DNA from: Catajapyx aquilonaris
Taxonomy: Eukaryota
Length of the DNA stretch: 64,000 nt
Direction: 5' to 3'
Assembly (NCBI GenBank): GCA_000934665.2
Contig: KZ538240.1
Span: 1 to 64,000, forward strand
How positions within the stretch are numbered: position 1 is the first letter of the stretch; each line of letters starts with the position of its first letter. Both the position numbers and the translations under genes were made by a program. The notes beneath the pieces were generated by a model. That model saw nothing but the letters and a program-made list of their open reading frames with translations. It ran no database searches and was not told the DNA's origin. Below are positions 1-12,500 of this stretch, piece after piece.

Positions 1-99
1 GTAGACAAAATAATTTGCTGCATTTCGTGGGAGCCCTAGGAATTTTTTTATAAAAAAGATTTGTACCTGGTTTATCGTGTCTAAGTGGTTTGGGCCCAG

Positions 100-530
100 C
101 TATTTGTTAGTAGTAAAGGTTTAGTAGAGCCATCTTAGTAGATGTTTAGTAGAGCTATTTGTTAGTAGTAAATGTTTAGTAGAGCTATTTGTTAGTAGTA
201 AAGGTTTAGCAGATCATTTTGTTAGTAACAACTGCATAGGGTAGCTGTCTGTTAGTAGTACCTACTTAGAGCTATTTGCTAGTAGTTTGGTAGTTAGTAG
301 AGCAATCTTACTAGTGAGTAGACGCTTAGTAGAGCTATTTGTTAGTAGTAGATGCTTAGAGCTGGCAGTAGTATTTTCTATGCGTAGTTATAGCTATTTG
401 TCAGTAGAAGTTGATTAGTAGTACTATTTGTTAGTAGTATAAATTCTTGGTAGATCGCGTTAGTAGTCGCTGTTTAGTAGAGGAATTTATTAGTAGTACA
501 TGCGCAATAGAGCTCTACGCTAGTAATATG
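100..530. repeat. Degenerate minisatellite (ttagtagagctatttgttagtagta...)
   Basis: Repeated ~34-bp units. Confidence 0.75.
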
Positions 531-560
531 CTACTACTGTACTAACCTGACAGAAAATGA

Positions 561-661
561 AGGGTGGAATTTTTGTCTCACTGCTATAGTTACTGCTAAC
601 TTAGCAGTACCAGTGTTGAAAGTGTTAGCAGTAACTAGCAGTGGGACGAAAATTCCACCCT
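561..661. mobile_element. Short inverted-repeat element (MITE-like); a second copy of one end is at 22322-22356
   Basis: agggtggaatttttgtctcactgcta..gttactgctaac / gttagcagtaactagcagtgggacgaaaattccaccct. Confidence 0.6.
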
Positions 662-996
662 AAAACTATAGTAACATAATCATAGCAATTATTATGCTCA
701 TTCATGCCAAATTAGGACACCATAATCATAATCATGTATAGAATTGGCTTCTGTGCCTCTGTTTGTCCAGGGTGAGTCATCAATACTAGTGTAGTATCAT
801 CTGTGTGACTATTGGGTGACCGCGCCAATACTTCGCCATCTATGTGAGGGATACAGTACTACGTGGGCATTTTTGTGGCAAGAGTTCACCACAGCTCCAT
901 TTTTTTTGTGTGGGATGGACGAAATCACCATAACATATTTAGCTGAAATAATCGGTCCACTTTTGGATGTTATTGTTGTCGGTTGGGGGGGGGGGG

Positions 997-1141
997 NNNN
1001 NNNNNNNNNNNNNNNNNNNNNNNNNNNNNNNNNNNNNNNNNNNNNNNNNNNNNNNNNNNNNNNNNNNNNNNNNNNNNNNNNNNNNNNNNNNNNNNNNNNN
1101 NNNNNNNNNNNNNNNNNNNNNNNNNNNNNNNNNNNNNNNNN
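997..1141. other. Assembly gap (N run)
   Basis: Ns flanked by poly-G and poly-C. Confidence 0.99.
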
Positions 1142-1527
1142 NGGGCCCCCCCCCCCCCCCACCACCTTTTGTTGGAGACGTTGCATAGATTTGGCGGAAC
1201 AATGCGGTCGCGGTTTGGGCGGGAAGGAAGTAAAAAAAAAAGAGAGCAATAATATAATGCGGAGACTTCATATTCGACGACATCATTTCGGGTTGGTCAA
1301 GGGCCTAACCAGGCGTTAACTGGGTCGGTCATTAGGTCTAATTTGTTTCTTATTGTTGAAGTCTCCGGATTAAGGTTGAACGGCTGTTGGAAGTTCCCAT
1401 CACTGTGTCATAGATGGCGTTTCATCAGTTCAAATCATTAGAAATATGTCCTAATGAACAAATTAGGTTATCGCTCTTCTGGCAGTAATATGACAAAGCA
1501 ATAATAAGTAACACTAATTAATGCAAG

Positions 1528-1634
1528 TTAAATTCTGGTTGTGTCAATGACTTGAGGCCACACTTCAGCTGCAAATCTTGTTGCAGAGATTCCTCCTAGC
1601 TGAACAAAGTACCTAGCTGCATCATCCGCCACAC
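1528..1634 (-). CDS. Possible terminal exon of an unidentified antisense gene (GVADDAARYFVQLGGISATRFAAEVWPQVIDTTRI*)
   Basis: Minus-strand acceptor ctctcatgatttcag followed by 35 codons to TAA with protein-like composition. Short, and no homology recognised. Confidence 0.2.
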
Positions 1635-2158
1635 CTGAAATCATGAGAGTCGTTTAGCCGAAATAACTGCCCGTATTTTGATGCAACTTCCCGCCTAATT
1701 ATGCCCGCCTACCGTATACACACACATATACGGTTGCAGACGATTCCGGGACCAAATTGCCCCTCCCCCAAACTTTATGTCTCCACCCACAATTTAGTGA
1801 ATGCCTAGCCGTCGTCAAGCACTAATACGAGTCCATTTTCATTTGTACAGGGGCAGTAGTTTACTAGCACACTCGTTAACCAACACACACACACAAAAAA
1901 CGGGGTTGGTCTTCCTCTAACACCACTAGCAAAAAATAGTGTGCACAACAAACCGTCACGAGTCGTAAATCACTGTCCAAGCATCTCATTAACGCGCCGT
2001 ATTTGGAGCGTATTTCAAAATCCAAGTTTGGCCGTCGGAGGGCGCCACGTTCTGGCTAATCATACCAACGACACTGGTGCACAGGTAAACAGGACACATC
2101 CGGAGGGCTGGTGCTTCTGTATGACTTTTGGGTGACCACACCAGTAGGCCATGCCAAT

Positions 2159-2231
2159 CTAACCTAACCTAACCTAACCTAACCCTAACCTAACCTAACC
2201 TAACCTAACCTAGCCATAACCTAACCTAACC
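2159..2231. repeat. Interstitial (CCTAA)n telomeric-type tract
   Basis: aacctaacct array seen directly. Confidence 0.9.
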
Positions 2232-2565
2232 GGTATTCGTCCATTTTTTTTACATCAATGCGAACGATTGTGGGTTTTGAATCTGCTAACTGTGGCAGCC
2301 AACGAACATTATTGTGGCTTTGCTCTTGGCCTACCCAGGGCCCTCAGGGCGTCTGATCAAATTTCTGATGGGACATGAGCACACCCAAGTGTGATGAGCC
2401 CTATAACAGCCCACTATGATAAACAGCCATATATAGTTAGGACAAATAAGGGAAAAGGGGAGTGAGGGTCTAATGGACCGAAACAGTTAGCCTTCGCACA
2501 CTTGCTGCAACCCACCCCTGGGCCAAACAATTCAAAGGGGGGGCTTTTCTCTCCCTTCTCTTTAG

Positions 2566-2740
2566 GCCCGAATTTGGCACGAGGCCACCCTAATATGTCT
2601 CTTCGGGAAGGAGCATCGACAGAGAGGGCTTAAGCAAGGAAGGTTCATGGGCCTGAAGGAAGTTTTCCAAACGATTATTGTGCCCAGAGGTCCCTTACCT
2701 CGGGGTTCCGGATGCTTGACTAGGCCTAGGTCTTTCCATG
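2566..2740 (+). CDS. Candidate upstream exon of the kinesin gene (ARIWHEATLICLFGKEHRQRGLKQGR...)
   Basis: Strong pyrimidine tract plus TAG acceptor (2545-2565) and a phase-0 frame open for 58 codons. The donor is ambiguous: AG|GTTCAT at 2643 is phase 2 and fits exon 3421, while G|GTAACC at 2741 is phase 1 and overlaps a repeat. Confidence 0.35.
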
Positions 2741-3355
2741 GTAACCAAATGTGGACAAACAACCAAACAACCAATCCTGGTTAAACAATCAAATGTTAAC
2801 AGTAGTTCATCAGTGAAAACTGGACAAACAAACAAACAAACAATGAAACCATCAAATCTGGACAAACAATCAACTCTGGGCAATTAATCAATCAAACTGG
2901 GATAATTAATCAATCATACATTGGCAATCAATCAATCAAACTTGGGAAATTAATCAATCAAAATTTGACAATCAATCCACCATCCCTGGACAGACAAACA
3001 ATCAATCAAATGTGGAGAAACAAACAAGCAACACTTGACAATCAGTCAATCAAACATTGACAATCAATCAAACCTGGACGAAAAACAAACAAACAAACAA
3101 ACAAACAAACAAACAAACAAACATCCAACCCTGAACCATCAAATATGGAGAAACAAACTAGCTAAACTTGACAACCAATCAATCATCACTGACAATCAAT
3201 CAACACTGACAATCAATAAAACCTGGACAAACAAACAAACAATCATCCGACCCTGAACAAACCATCAAATATGGTCAAACAAACAAACAAACAATCAAAA
3301 CTTGATAATCAATCAACCAAACAAACTTTGCCTTTTACATTATGGGACATAAGAT
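2735..3355 (+). mobile_element. Helitron/Helentron-like (AAAC)n element, internally amplified
   Basis: Begins ccatggtaaccaaatgtggacaaac and ends aaacaaactttgccttttacatt. The same architecture recurs at 8964-9020 (-), 34691-34748 and 52473-52563. Confidence 0.5.
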
Positions 3356-3420
3356 GTGGGACATTCTAGGCCTATCCTAGCCGCCATTTTGAATCCATTT
3401 GTTTTGCTCTCCTTATTTAG

Positions 3421-3545
3421 AACCGGGTCTACTGAGGCCCTGCATATCCAGCTGCGCCATCTGGACGCCCTGCTGATATCCCTAGAGCGACAGATCCAGG
3501 TGCTGGTCCAAGTGCAACAGGTTCTGCCTCAGGATCTCATTTCGG
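3421..3545 (+). CDS. Kinesin exon, N-terminal helical region ([41 protein letters not shown])
   Basis: Acceptor ctctccttatttag, donor G|GTGAGT, CTG-rich codon usage like the downstream exons. Ends in phase 1, matching the start of exon 13872. Confidence 0.65.
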
Positions 3546-6500
3546 GTGAGTTTTGTATGCCTGTTGGTTGGAGCGAGGGTTGCCAGGTGGCGACAGTGCG
3601 ATGGTGGTTGCAGGGTTGCCAGGTGGCGACAGTGCGATGGTGGTTGCAGGGTTGCCAGGATTGTGTGGCGATAATAATAATAGGCGCGTGACCTCGATTG
3701 TCGGCCGATTCTTATCAAGGGAGTGATATTTTGTGGCGCGCCTGCTGGGGGATGTCAGAACCGCGTTTTCGGTAACGGTTCAGTCACCGTGAAATAAAGA
3801 AAACGGTATTGCAAGCAGGGAGGTGTTCAAAGAGGAGATAAGCTTCGGCGCATGGATCGCGTCATGCCTTGAAATTAGAGGTTGCAAATATGGAGCAAGT
3901 AGTACTCTGGTGGTGATTCATTGTTGTTATGCGACCCGTGAATAATGATACTACTGCGTAATTGAATGTTTCCCTGTTTGTCCGGGGTGAGTCATCACCA
4001 CTAAGCGGGTCCTTGTAGTGCTGCTACCTCTCGACGACCCTAAGAGTGGCAGGATTGTAGAGTAGCGCTATCTATGCGAGGGGTAAGGGTACTACGTATA
4101 CAGTCATGGCTATACGAATACTGGGTGACGCCATTTTGTATCCATAGTTGGCAAATAATTCTCATTGCACATTAATTTAAAAAAATACTATCGATGAACT
4201 ACAGTGTACTGTGTACATGGATACATTATACTGTATACTGCTAATGCAAAATCCCTGGAGGCCTTAGTTGCCTCAACTTCTCGAGGATAATCAAAACTAA
4301 TACACTGTATAAATCACTATAGACAGTATTGCTTTCATACTTTAGGTCACGACTCATGACTTTGTAAACTATTGCAAACTAACTGTTACCAGCTCAAGCA
4401 TATCAACCTGCGGCATCCACTTACAGTAATGAAGATCAAACATAGCCTACGTGTAGGCCTACATGATGTCTGAAGTTATTTGTAAAGCTCTATTATCGAA
4501 ATGTAGTCTATATAAAATATTTAAAAAACATGCTGCATACACTAATATTAGTTATTATTTTATGTCGATGATTATACATTATATTTATCACATAATAGTT
4601 ATCACATTATTAATATTTATTATATTATATTAATCACATAATAGTTATCACATTATTAATATTTATTATATTTTATTAATCACATAATAGTTATCACATT
4701 ATTAATATTTATTATATTATATTAATCACATAATAGTTATCACATTATTAATATTTATTATATTATATTAATCACATTATAGTTATCACATTTTAAATAT
4801 TTATTATATTATATTTATCACATGATTATATTTATCACTTTATATTATATTTATCACATGATTATATTTATCACTTTATATTATATTTATCACATGATTA
4901 TATTTATCACATTATATTATATTTATCACATTATTCAGCATGTACACATATTATAAATTTAATTAGCACTGGTTTTGACCATTTTAAGCATAGCTTGTCT
5001 GACCTTTCTCTGGACCAAACATGGCGGCTCCATTGACACATAACCTACCTCCAAACTGACAATATATTTCCAAGCGCTTGGATTTTTTTATTTGTTCACA
5101 GCCTTTCTTTTTTTTCGTATCAGTTCCAATTTGAAGTGAGCATGCTCTGTACTAGCAGGCTAATTAACTTCCTGGTCATCTCCTGGAGCGCTTTTGTTTC
5201 ATGGATAGAAGGGCGTTGGAATTACAGCCGATGCCTATCTATATGGAATCCTGCGAGGTGTTAAACGCTTGATTGCTTTATTATTGCGCTTGGAACACTG
5301 CTGCGACGCGATTACAATGTTGCAACTATTTTTTTTTGTTTGCAAAAAAAACCTTTGTTAATGGGTTGGGCTAGGATGGGCCAAAAATAAACTGGATCAT
5401 AATAACACTGACGTCACTGTCTGATTGGGGGCTCCAATTTTCATGGTCATTTTCCAACTTTCGATTTTTGCGAATGTTTTTTTTTTGCAAGCAAGGTTGT
5501 TTCGTGACGCAATTGTTACGGTTTGCCTATTGTTTTTGCTGGCCAACAAAAACTGCGCGGGTGTGTGGGAACATTTGTTTTTCGAGAGTAAAAATGGGGA
5601 CAAATCTTGTTGGTTGCTGCACGAGATCGAAAGTTGACAGTTATTAGGCGTGGCTGTGGCTCTACTAAAATGGACAGGGTGTTTCATAAGCTCAGGTAAA
5701 CTTTCAAGAGTCCTGATAGTTTTAATCTTTATACATAAACACGAAAATTCATGGTGTCTGTCTGAATATCGATATATCACGTCACCAGTGAATATCGATG
5801 TATTATAATACAGTACCCATGAATAGGCCTATTGATGCATCACTTTACCCTGAATATCGATATATTATATCGCCCGTGAATTTTGATTGTCTTACGCACG
5901 AATATGGATAAATTACGTCACCAATAAACATCGATATATCAGGTTACTCATGAATATCGATACATTACGTCACCAATAAACATCAATATATCAGGTGACT
6001 CATGAATATCGATATATTACATCACTAATTATTATCGATATTTGCATCACTAATTATTATCGATATATTACATCACTAATTATTATCGACATAATACACC
6101 ACTAATTATTATCGATATTTTGCGTCACTAATTATTATCGATATTTTCCGTCATTAATGATTATCGATATTTTGTGTCACTAATTATTATCGATATATTA
6201 CATTATACTATTGATTAGCGATATATTGCATCACCAATGAATATCGATATATTCCGTTACATATGAATAAGGGTCACTTTACACATCAATATCGATAAAT
6301 CATGTCATCCATGAAAATCGATGTATCATGTCATCCATGAAAATCGATGTATCGTATTCCATTAATATAGCTATATCAGGTGACTCATGAATATCGATGT
6401 ATCAACCCAAACCACCAATATCGATAGATCTATTAAGCAAATATCGATAAATATCGACGTTTGAAAAAATGCGGCTAAACACCAGCTAAGTTAGTTGTGC

Positions 6501-9500
6501 TCTAAACCGATCTGAGTAGCTGGAAAGTCACTCAGGCGATGGAAGTGTCCTGCGTTGTATCTGTATGACACAATTTTCCTGATTAATTAACCAAATAAGG
6601 AGGCTGTTGATAACGTGATTGTATCAGTAGAGTCCAGATCCGCCAGAGGTTGCCACGTATCTAAACCTTTTGTAAATGGCCAATTCGGTTTGGCAAAAAC
6701 CTGGCAAAAAAATAGAAGCAGGAAAGGAAGGAGGGCCTGATGTGAAGCGAACTAAGTCGGTTATGGTCTCGCTCCGATGAAGCTCTTAGAGGTCCATCCC
6801 CGCCCAGAAAGAAAAGAAGAAGGCTCATGTCCCCCTCTCCAACCACCCACCATCTTAAAAGGAATCGCACTGCATTCTGGGAAAGGAAGGTGGTGAAGAA
6901 GGAGTCACGAGATGAGCATTGTGTTGCTTAGTGGTGGATACGCAAAGGGAGAGTTGAGGAGTGTCCTAGGACTGTGAGAAAACTCTGGTAGTGTTGTTGG
7001 ACACGGTCACGATGCGGTGAGTTGTTTAGAAGTATGTGTATGTGTGGAAGCCAATTAGTTGCACATCGTGGTGAAATAGTGTTTGTTTGGTTGACAAACA
7101 GTTGGGTCAAATGCTTGGTTTGTTGTGTGTATCTGTGGTACACTTAAAGGTGTAAGGTAACAGAGTTGAAGCTAAATTTAGCCTGTAAGGCAGGTCTCAC
7201 TAAGAGGTTAGGTTAGGGTAAGGTAGGGTAGAATCTAAAACCTTGCCTGTCTAACTTTCGTTAACCTAACCTTCCAACTCTCTAACCATCGTTAATCTAA
7301 CCTTCGTGTACCAAACCTTCCAACTCTCTAACCTTCGTTAACCTAACCTAACCTTCTAACTTCCTAACCATCGTTAACCTAACCTAACCTTCTAACTTCC
7401 TACCCTTCTTTAACCTAACTTAACCGTCCAACTTTCTAACCTTCGTTAACCTAACCTTCCAACTCTCTAGCCATCGTTAACCTGACCTTCCAACTCTCTA
7501 GACATCGTTAACCTGACCTTCCAACTCTCTAACCTTCGTTAACCTAACCTCACCTTCTAACTTCCTAACCTTCGTTAACCTAACCTCACCTTCTAACTTC
7601 CTAACCTTCGTTAACCTAACCTAACCTTCTAACTTCCTAACCTTCGTTAGGTTAGGTGAGGTTAAGTTAGGTTCTAACCGAACGTTACCTAAATTAGCGT
7701 TACCCTAATCCTTTAGTGACTGTACGTTTGTCTTTATAACCAGTTCTTGGCTTATTCCAGCATTGAAGTCTATCAATGGATGGGGTTAACTTTAGACTTG
7801 TTTAGATGCGTGACTATCTAAGTCATCACCGGATTCGCATCCGTTTTTAGGATACGAAGAAAGATATGGCGGCCGACTGGAAAATGTGGGGGAAGCAGTA
7901 GAAAGCGTTTCGTGTTACACGAACTACTAAAGAGAAAGACGTTGCGAATAGTTCGCCAAAATTGGCCATTTTGTGGTGTCGCGCAGTAACAATCAGTTGG
8001 AATGTGGCATAGTTCACAGATATTTGTTTGAAAAAAAAAATTAACAAGCTGGAAAAATGAGCAAGAACATAAACCATGGTTACACTCACGTTACATCCGC
8101 ATCTTTGCATATCCTTCCGGATCTTCCCGGAAGTCCACAACGGAAGCTGATGGGCGTGCCCCGTTATGCAGGACTTGCCAATTTTTTTTAAAAAGGCGAC
8201 ACAAAATGGCGAAAATGGTATATAAGAGTTGGAGGTTCACCCAACCGTTCGAACCATAATCATCTCTTCGGTACTTAGCAGAGTGGAATAATTGGCCGCA
8301 CTGTTCCGAACACTTGACGGTATTGATGCAGTGTACTTAAAGCCTGCGAAATCCGTGTTTATGGGAGTCTAACAACCTCTTCTTTGAACGTGACCTCCAT
8401 ATGCTTGTTCTTGTATCCGCTCATGAAAAGGTATAGTTAGTACAAGGAGAGGCTGCAGGTGTTAAGTAGTGAAATGAACTAAGGATTAGACGAAGCTAAC
8501 GAGCCAACCGGACCGATAATTACTGGGGCAATTAAGTTTATTGCGCGTGACTCATAACGAGATGGCTCCATGGATCAGCCCTACAACAGTTAGTCCAATA
8601 TAAGATTCCCATCATACTCCTAATGTAGCTTACAATAAAATAAAAACTAAGTAAATAAAATCATTAAAACTAATAAGAATAAATTCACAAACAAATTATT
8701 ATAAATAAATTATAAGAAATAACACAGTAAAAGCAATAAATTCATATCTCTAATATTATAATAGACAAAGTTTGCTTGCTTGTTCAGGTTTGGTTTACGT
8801 GGCAAATTGTAGCATAATAAATAAATAATATGTAAACAACTAATAAACAAATATGATTAAGAAAAGTCATAAATAAAATAGAAATAATAAATAAACAAAC
8901 AAATAAAAATTATAATAAATAAATTATAAGAAGTAACAAAGTGTAAGAAATCAATTATTACGTATTATAAAACACAAAGTTTGTTTGTTTGTTTGGTTGT
9001 CCAGGATTGGTTTCCATGGGATAATGTAGTAGGCCTATAATAAAACAAATATAAAAATAACAACTTATAGACAAATACAGTACAATTAAGAAAGTAGTTA
9101 TGAATAAAATAGATATACCGATATAAAAATATAAATAAACAAATCACAAACAATATATAAACAAATAAATAATAACACAACTCAAAAATTAATGAATATA
9201 TATAAATAAATAAACACAAATAAATTAGGAGTAATAAATAAATAAATAAACAAGAATTAATTTATGAATAAAGAATAAAATACGTAGAAGATAAACAACA
9301 AATTAATAAATATAATAATGAAATATATGATGACTTACGTAATATAATATAATATGACTTACGTAATGTAATATAATATAATGACTTACACAATATAATA
9401 TAATATAATGACTTACACAATATAATGTAATTTAAACATAAAAAAGCCTATAATCCACACACCATCCTGTACGTGCTGCCATGTTTGTTCCAGATGGGTT

Positions 9501-12500
9501 GGTGCACCACTGTTAAATTTATTTTTTTTGTGCTCGTCTGGCAACATTTGCGTGAAACTTTTAAGCTCGAACGGTTTCCAAGTCCGATTGGAGTGCGATT
9601 TCGAATTAGTATGGGACAACAATCACGTTGCGTCCAGAGGGGGTCCCTCCGTATATATAGGAGGCATTAACGATCTGGTCGCGTTGATGTGGCCGGCTGG
9701 CGAAATGAATATTGGCCACGATTGTCCGCTTAATTACCCGGACACCCCCTCGTAGTCAGTTTAGCACGTGCTGCGTCTGCATCTGGTCACACTGTCGGGT
9801 TGTTGGGTACGGGGAGGGAGGGAGGGAGGGAGAGAGTTAACAATGGAAAAAAAAGAGAAGAGAAGAGAGAACTCCTCCCCCCTCATGATGCGATGGGTTT
9901 AGAGGCCAAATTGTTCGCAGCTCCAGGGGATAACACGTGTAGTGTTGTAAGCTGTCAGATGGTCGGAACTTGCTTCCGGACACTTCCGGAATCCGGAGGC
10001 GTGACTTGCAGTTTAAAGGGGGTGCCAGTTGCTTGGGAAAGCGTTACGGGGATTAGGCTGGCAACAATGGACTTCGTCATATTGGATTAGTTCAAACTGC
10101 TGTGATTCATATACCCAAGACTTATTGTGTTGTACTTAAAATATCAAAAATGCCGAAATATCACCGGAATTGATATCGAATATGGATGTGGTACAGTACT
10201 GTACACTTAATAAAATACGGTACTGTAAATGAAATACTGCATAACATTAAAACAATGAAATTTTCAATTATGATAAAACATTGCAATACAATAACAATAA
10301 TGTAAAGCAAGTAGTCTAATGGAATACTCCACAATAAATAGTAAAATAAATACCGTACGTAATAACAATAATATTAACCGGCAGTATGGAGTAGAATATT
10401 AAAATAGTATAAAATACTAAAATAATAGAATATTAAAATAATATAAAATACTAAAATAATAGAATATTAAAATAATAAAATGGATAATATAATGAAATAA
10501 AACGAAAATACAAATATATCATAAAATGAAATAATGAAAAAATAAATAAATATTGAAATATTGAAATAAAATAATCGATTAAAATATAAAATAAAATAAT
10601 TGATTAAAATAAAAAATATATGATTGATTAAAATAAAAAAATAAACGATTGATTAAAATAAAAAAACAAATGATTGATTAAATAACAATTAAAATGAAAT
10701 GATTTATTAAAATAACAATTAAAATAAAAGGATTTATTGAAATAACAATTAAAATGAAATGATTTATTAAAATAACAATTAAAATAAAAGGATTTATTGA
10801 AATAACAATTAAAATAAAAGGATTTATTGAAATAACAATTAAAATAAAAGGATTTATTGAAATAACAATAAAAATAAAATGATTTATTAAAATAAAAAGA
10901 AAACGATTGATTAAAATAAAAATAAAAGATTGATTAAAATAACAATTAAAATAAAAAGATTGATTAAAATAACAATTAAAATAAAAAGATTGATTAAAAT
11001 AACAATTAAAATAAAAAGATTGATTAAAATAACAATTAAAATAAAATAATTGATACAATTAATGCAATAACGGACCATAAGAGGCTATAAAAAGACCATA
11101 ACACAAACTATTCACTTAATAAAATAATAAAATAAAATAAATATCATTAAATAAAATATAAAAAATATGATCAAGCTATGTATGGTAGTAATGTCGCGAA
11201 TTGGAGAAACATCCTGAATTGCGAATTTCAAATATTTGCCTCGCAATTGAGAATCAAAATATTGACAATTACATCCAAAAAGCATTGAATTGTTGGATCA
11301 CAGCAATTTTGACACACCCTGTATGCTGTTTTGCGACATTTTTTTGCACATGACGGTACTGAAGAGGACATTTGCGCAAGCTATGACAAGGGACAATCCA
11401 CTATTTATGTACCGCGAGCCGAATTAGCCCTGCACAATGCACTATTCAAAATGCGTTTTGGAGTGCAAAAACAAAAAAAACTCTGGCATTTTTTTGCCAA
11501 AAATTTGCAGGCTCTAGGTGTCCCATTTTAGCTTGCATTTTTTCGCCAAAAAGGGTGTCAAAGGGAGCGGTAACAACTTCACTAATTTGACAATTTGCAA
11601 CTAAATTGCACGATGCAGAATTTTTTCCCCGCAAAGCGCACTGTTTATTCCGCCATTTGAAGTAGAGTGATGCCACAGGGTGTTTCATTAAAATTGCCGA
11701 AACTTCAAGGTATTTTTTTTTGCGGGTTCTAAATATATTTTTGCTAACGGAATTCGCACGGATTGGTGCTAAACTGATCGGAACTCGCCAATCACAACCG
11801 GTCCTTGGCATTACGGATTCTGGAAGGACGTGTTTCAGGTGACTGCCGCCAAATTCCGCGGATTTTTTTTGCACACTATAAGTGAATGTGGAACAAGTCA
11901 AGGCGAACGGATATATATTTTTTCCTGCACAAAAGTGAAAATGACGAATCGAGCAGAAATCCTATACCTTACCGTAATTAACCGCACTTTCTGAAAATTA
12001 TGCAAATTAAATTCGCGCGCGAAACTTTGCTTCTTATTCTTCTCCCATCCCCCGGACTCGGTGCTAATTTCCGGAAAGTGTTAATGATTTCATTAGAAAT
12101 AATTAGACCCTCTCCCTCCCTTGCCTTCATCTCTCCGACCCACTTCTGATTGATTATTATTGGCTACTAGTAATTAATTGTTCGGAAAACTTTCTACCTG
12201 GGAGAGAGGGGAAAATCCTCGCCAATATGTCTCCAGATTGCGATAAAACAGGACCGTAATTATTGTTATTGCAAAACATCCTGGAGAAGTTGCCAAATAT
12301 GTTGTCAACCCTTGGTGATAATTACAGAGCAAGTTCTGCGACAAGTTATTCCTCTAACTAATGTAACAGCTAAAATAACTGTAAATAAAATAACAATTGT
12401 AACTAAAATAACTTACAACTAATGTAACTAAATAACTTACAACTAATGTAACTAAATAATTTACAACTAATGTAACTAAAATAACTTATAACTAATGTAA

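Noticed and set aside
809..1319. ORFs spanning the first gap (similarly 51537-51784 and 58330-58776)
   Set aside because: Artefacts of N runs.
6746..6931. Open frame with an NLS-like PPRKKRRRL inside the long kinesin intron
   Set aside because: Bounded by stops, with no phase-compatible splice sites.
10678..11058. Repetitive ORF (and similar at 26356, 55283, 61892)
   Set aside because: Translations of tandem repeats.
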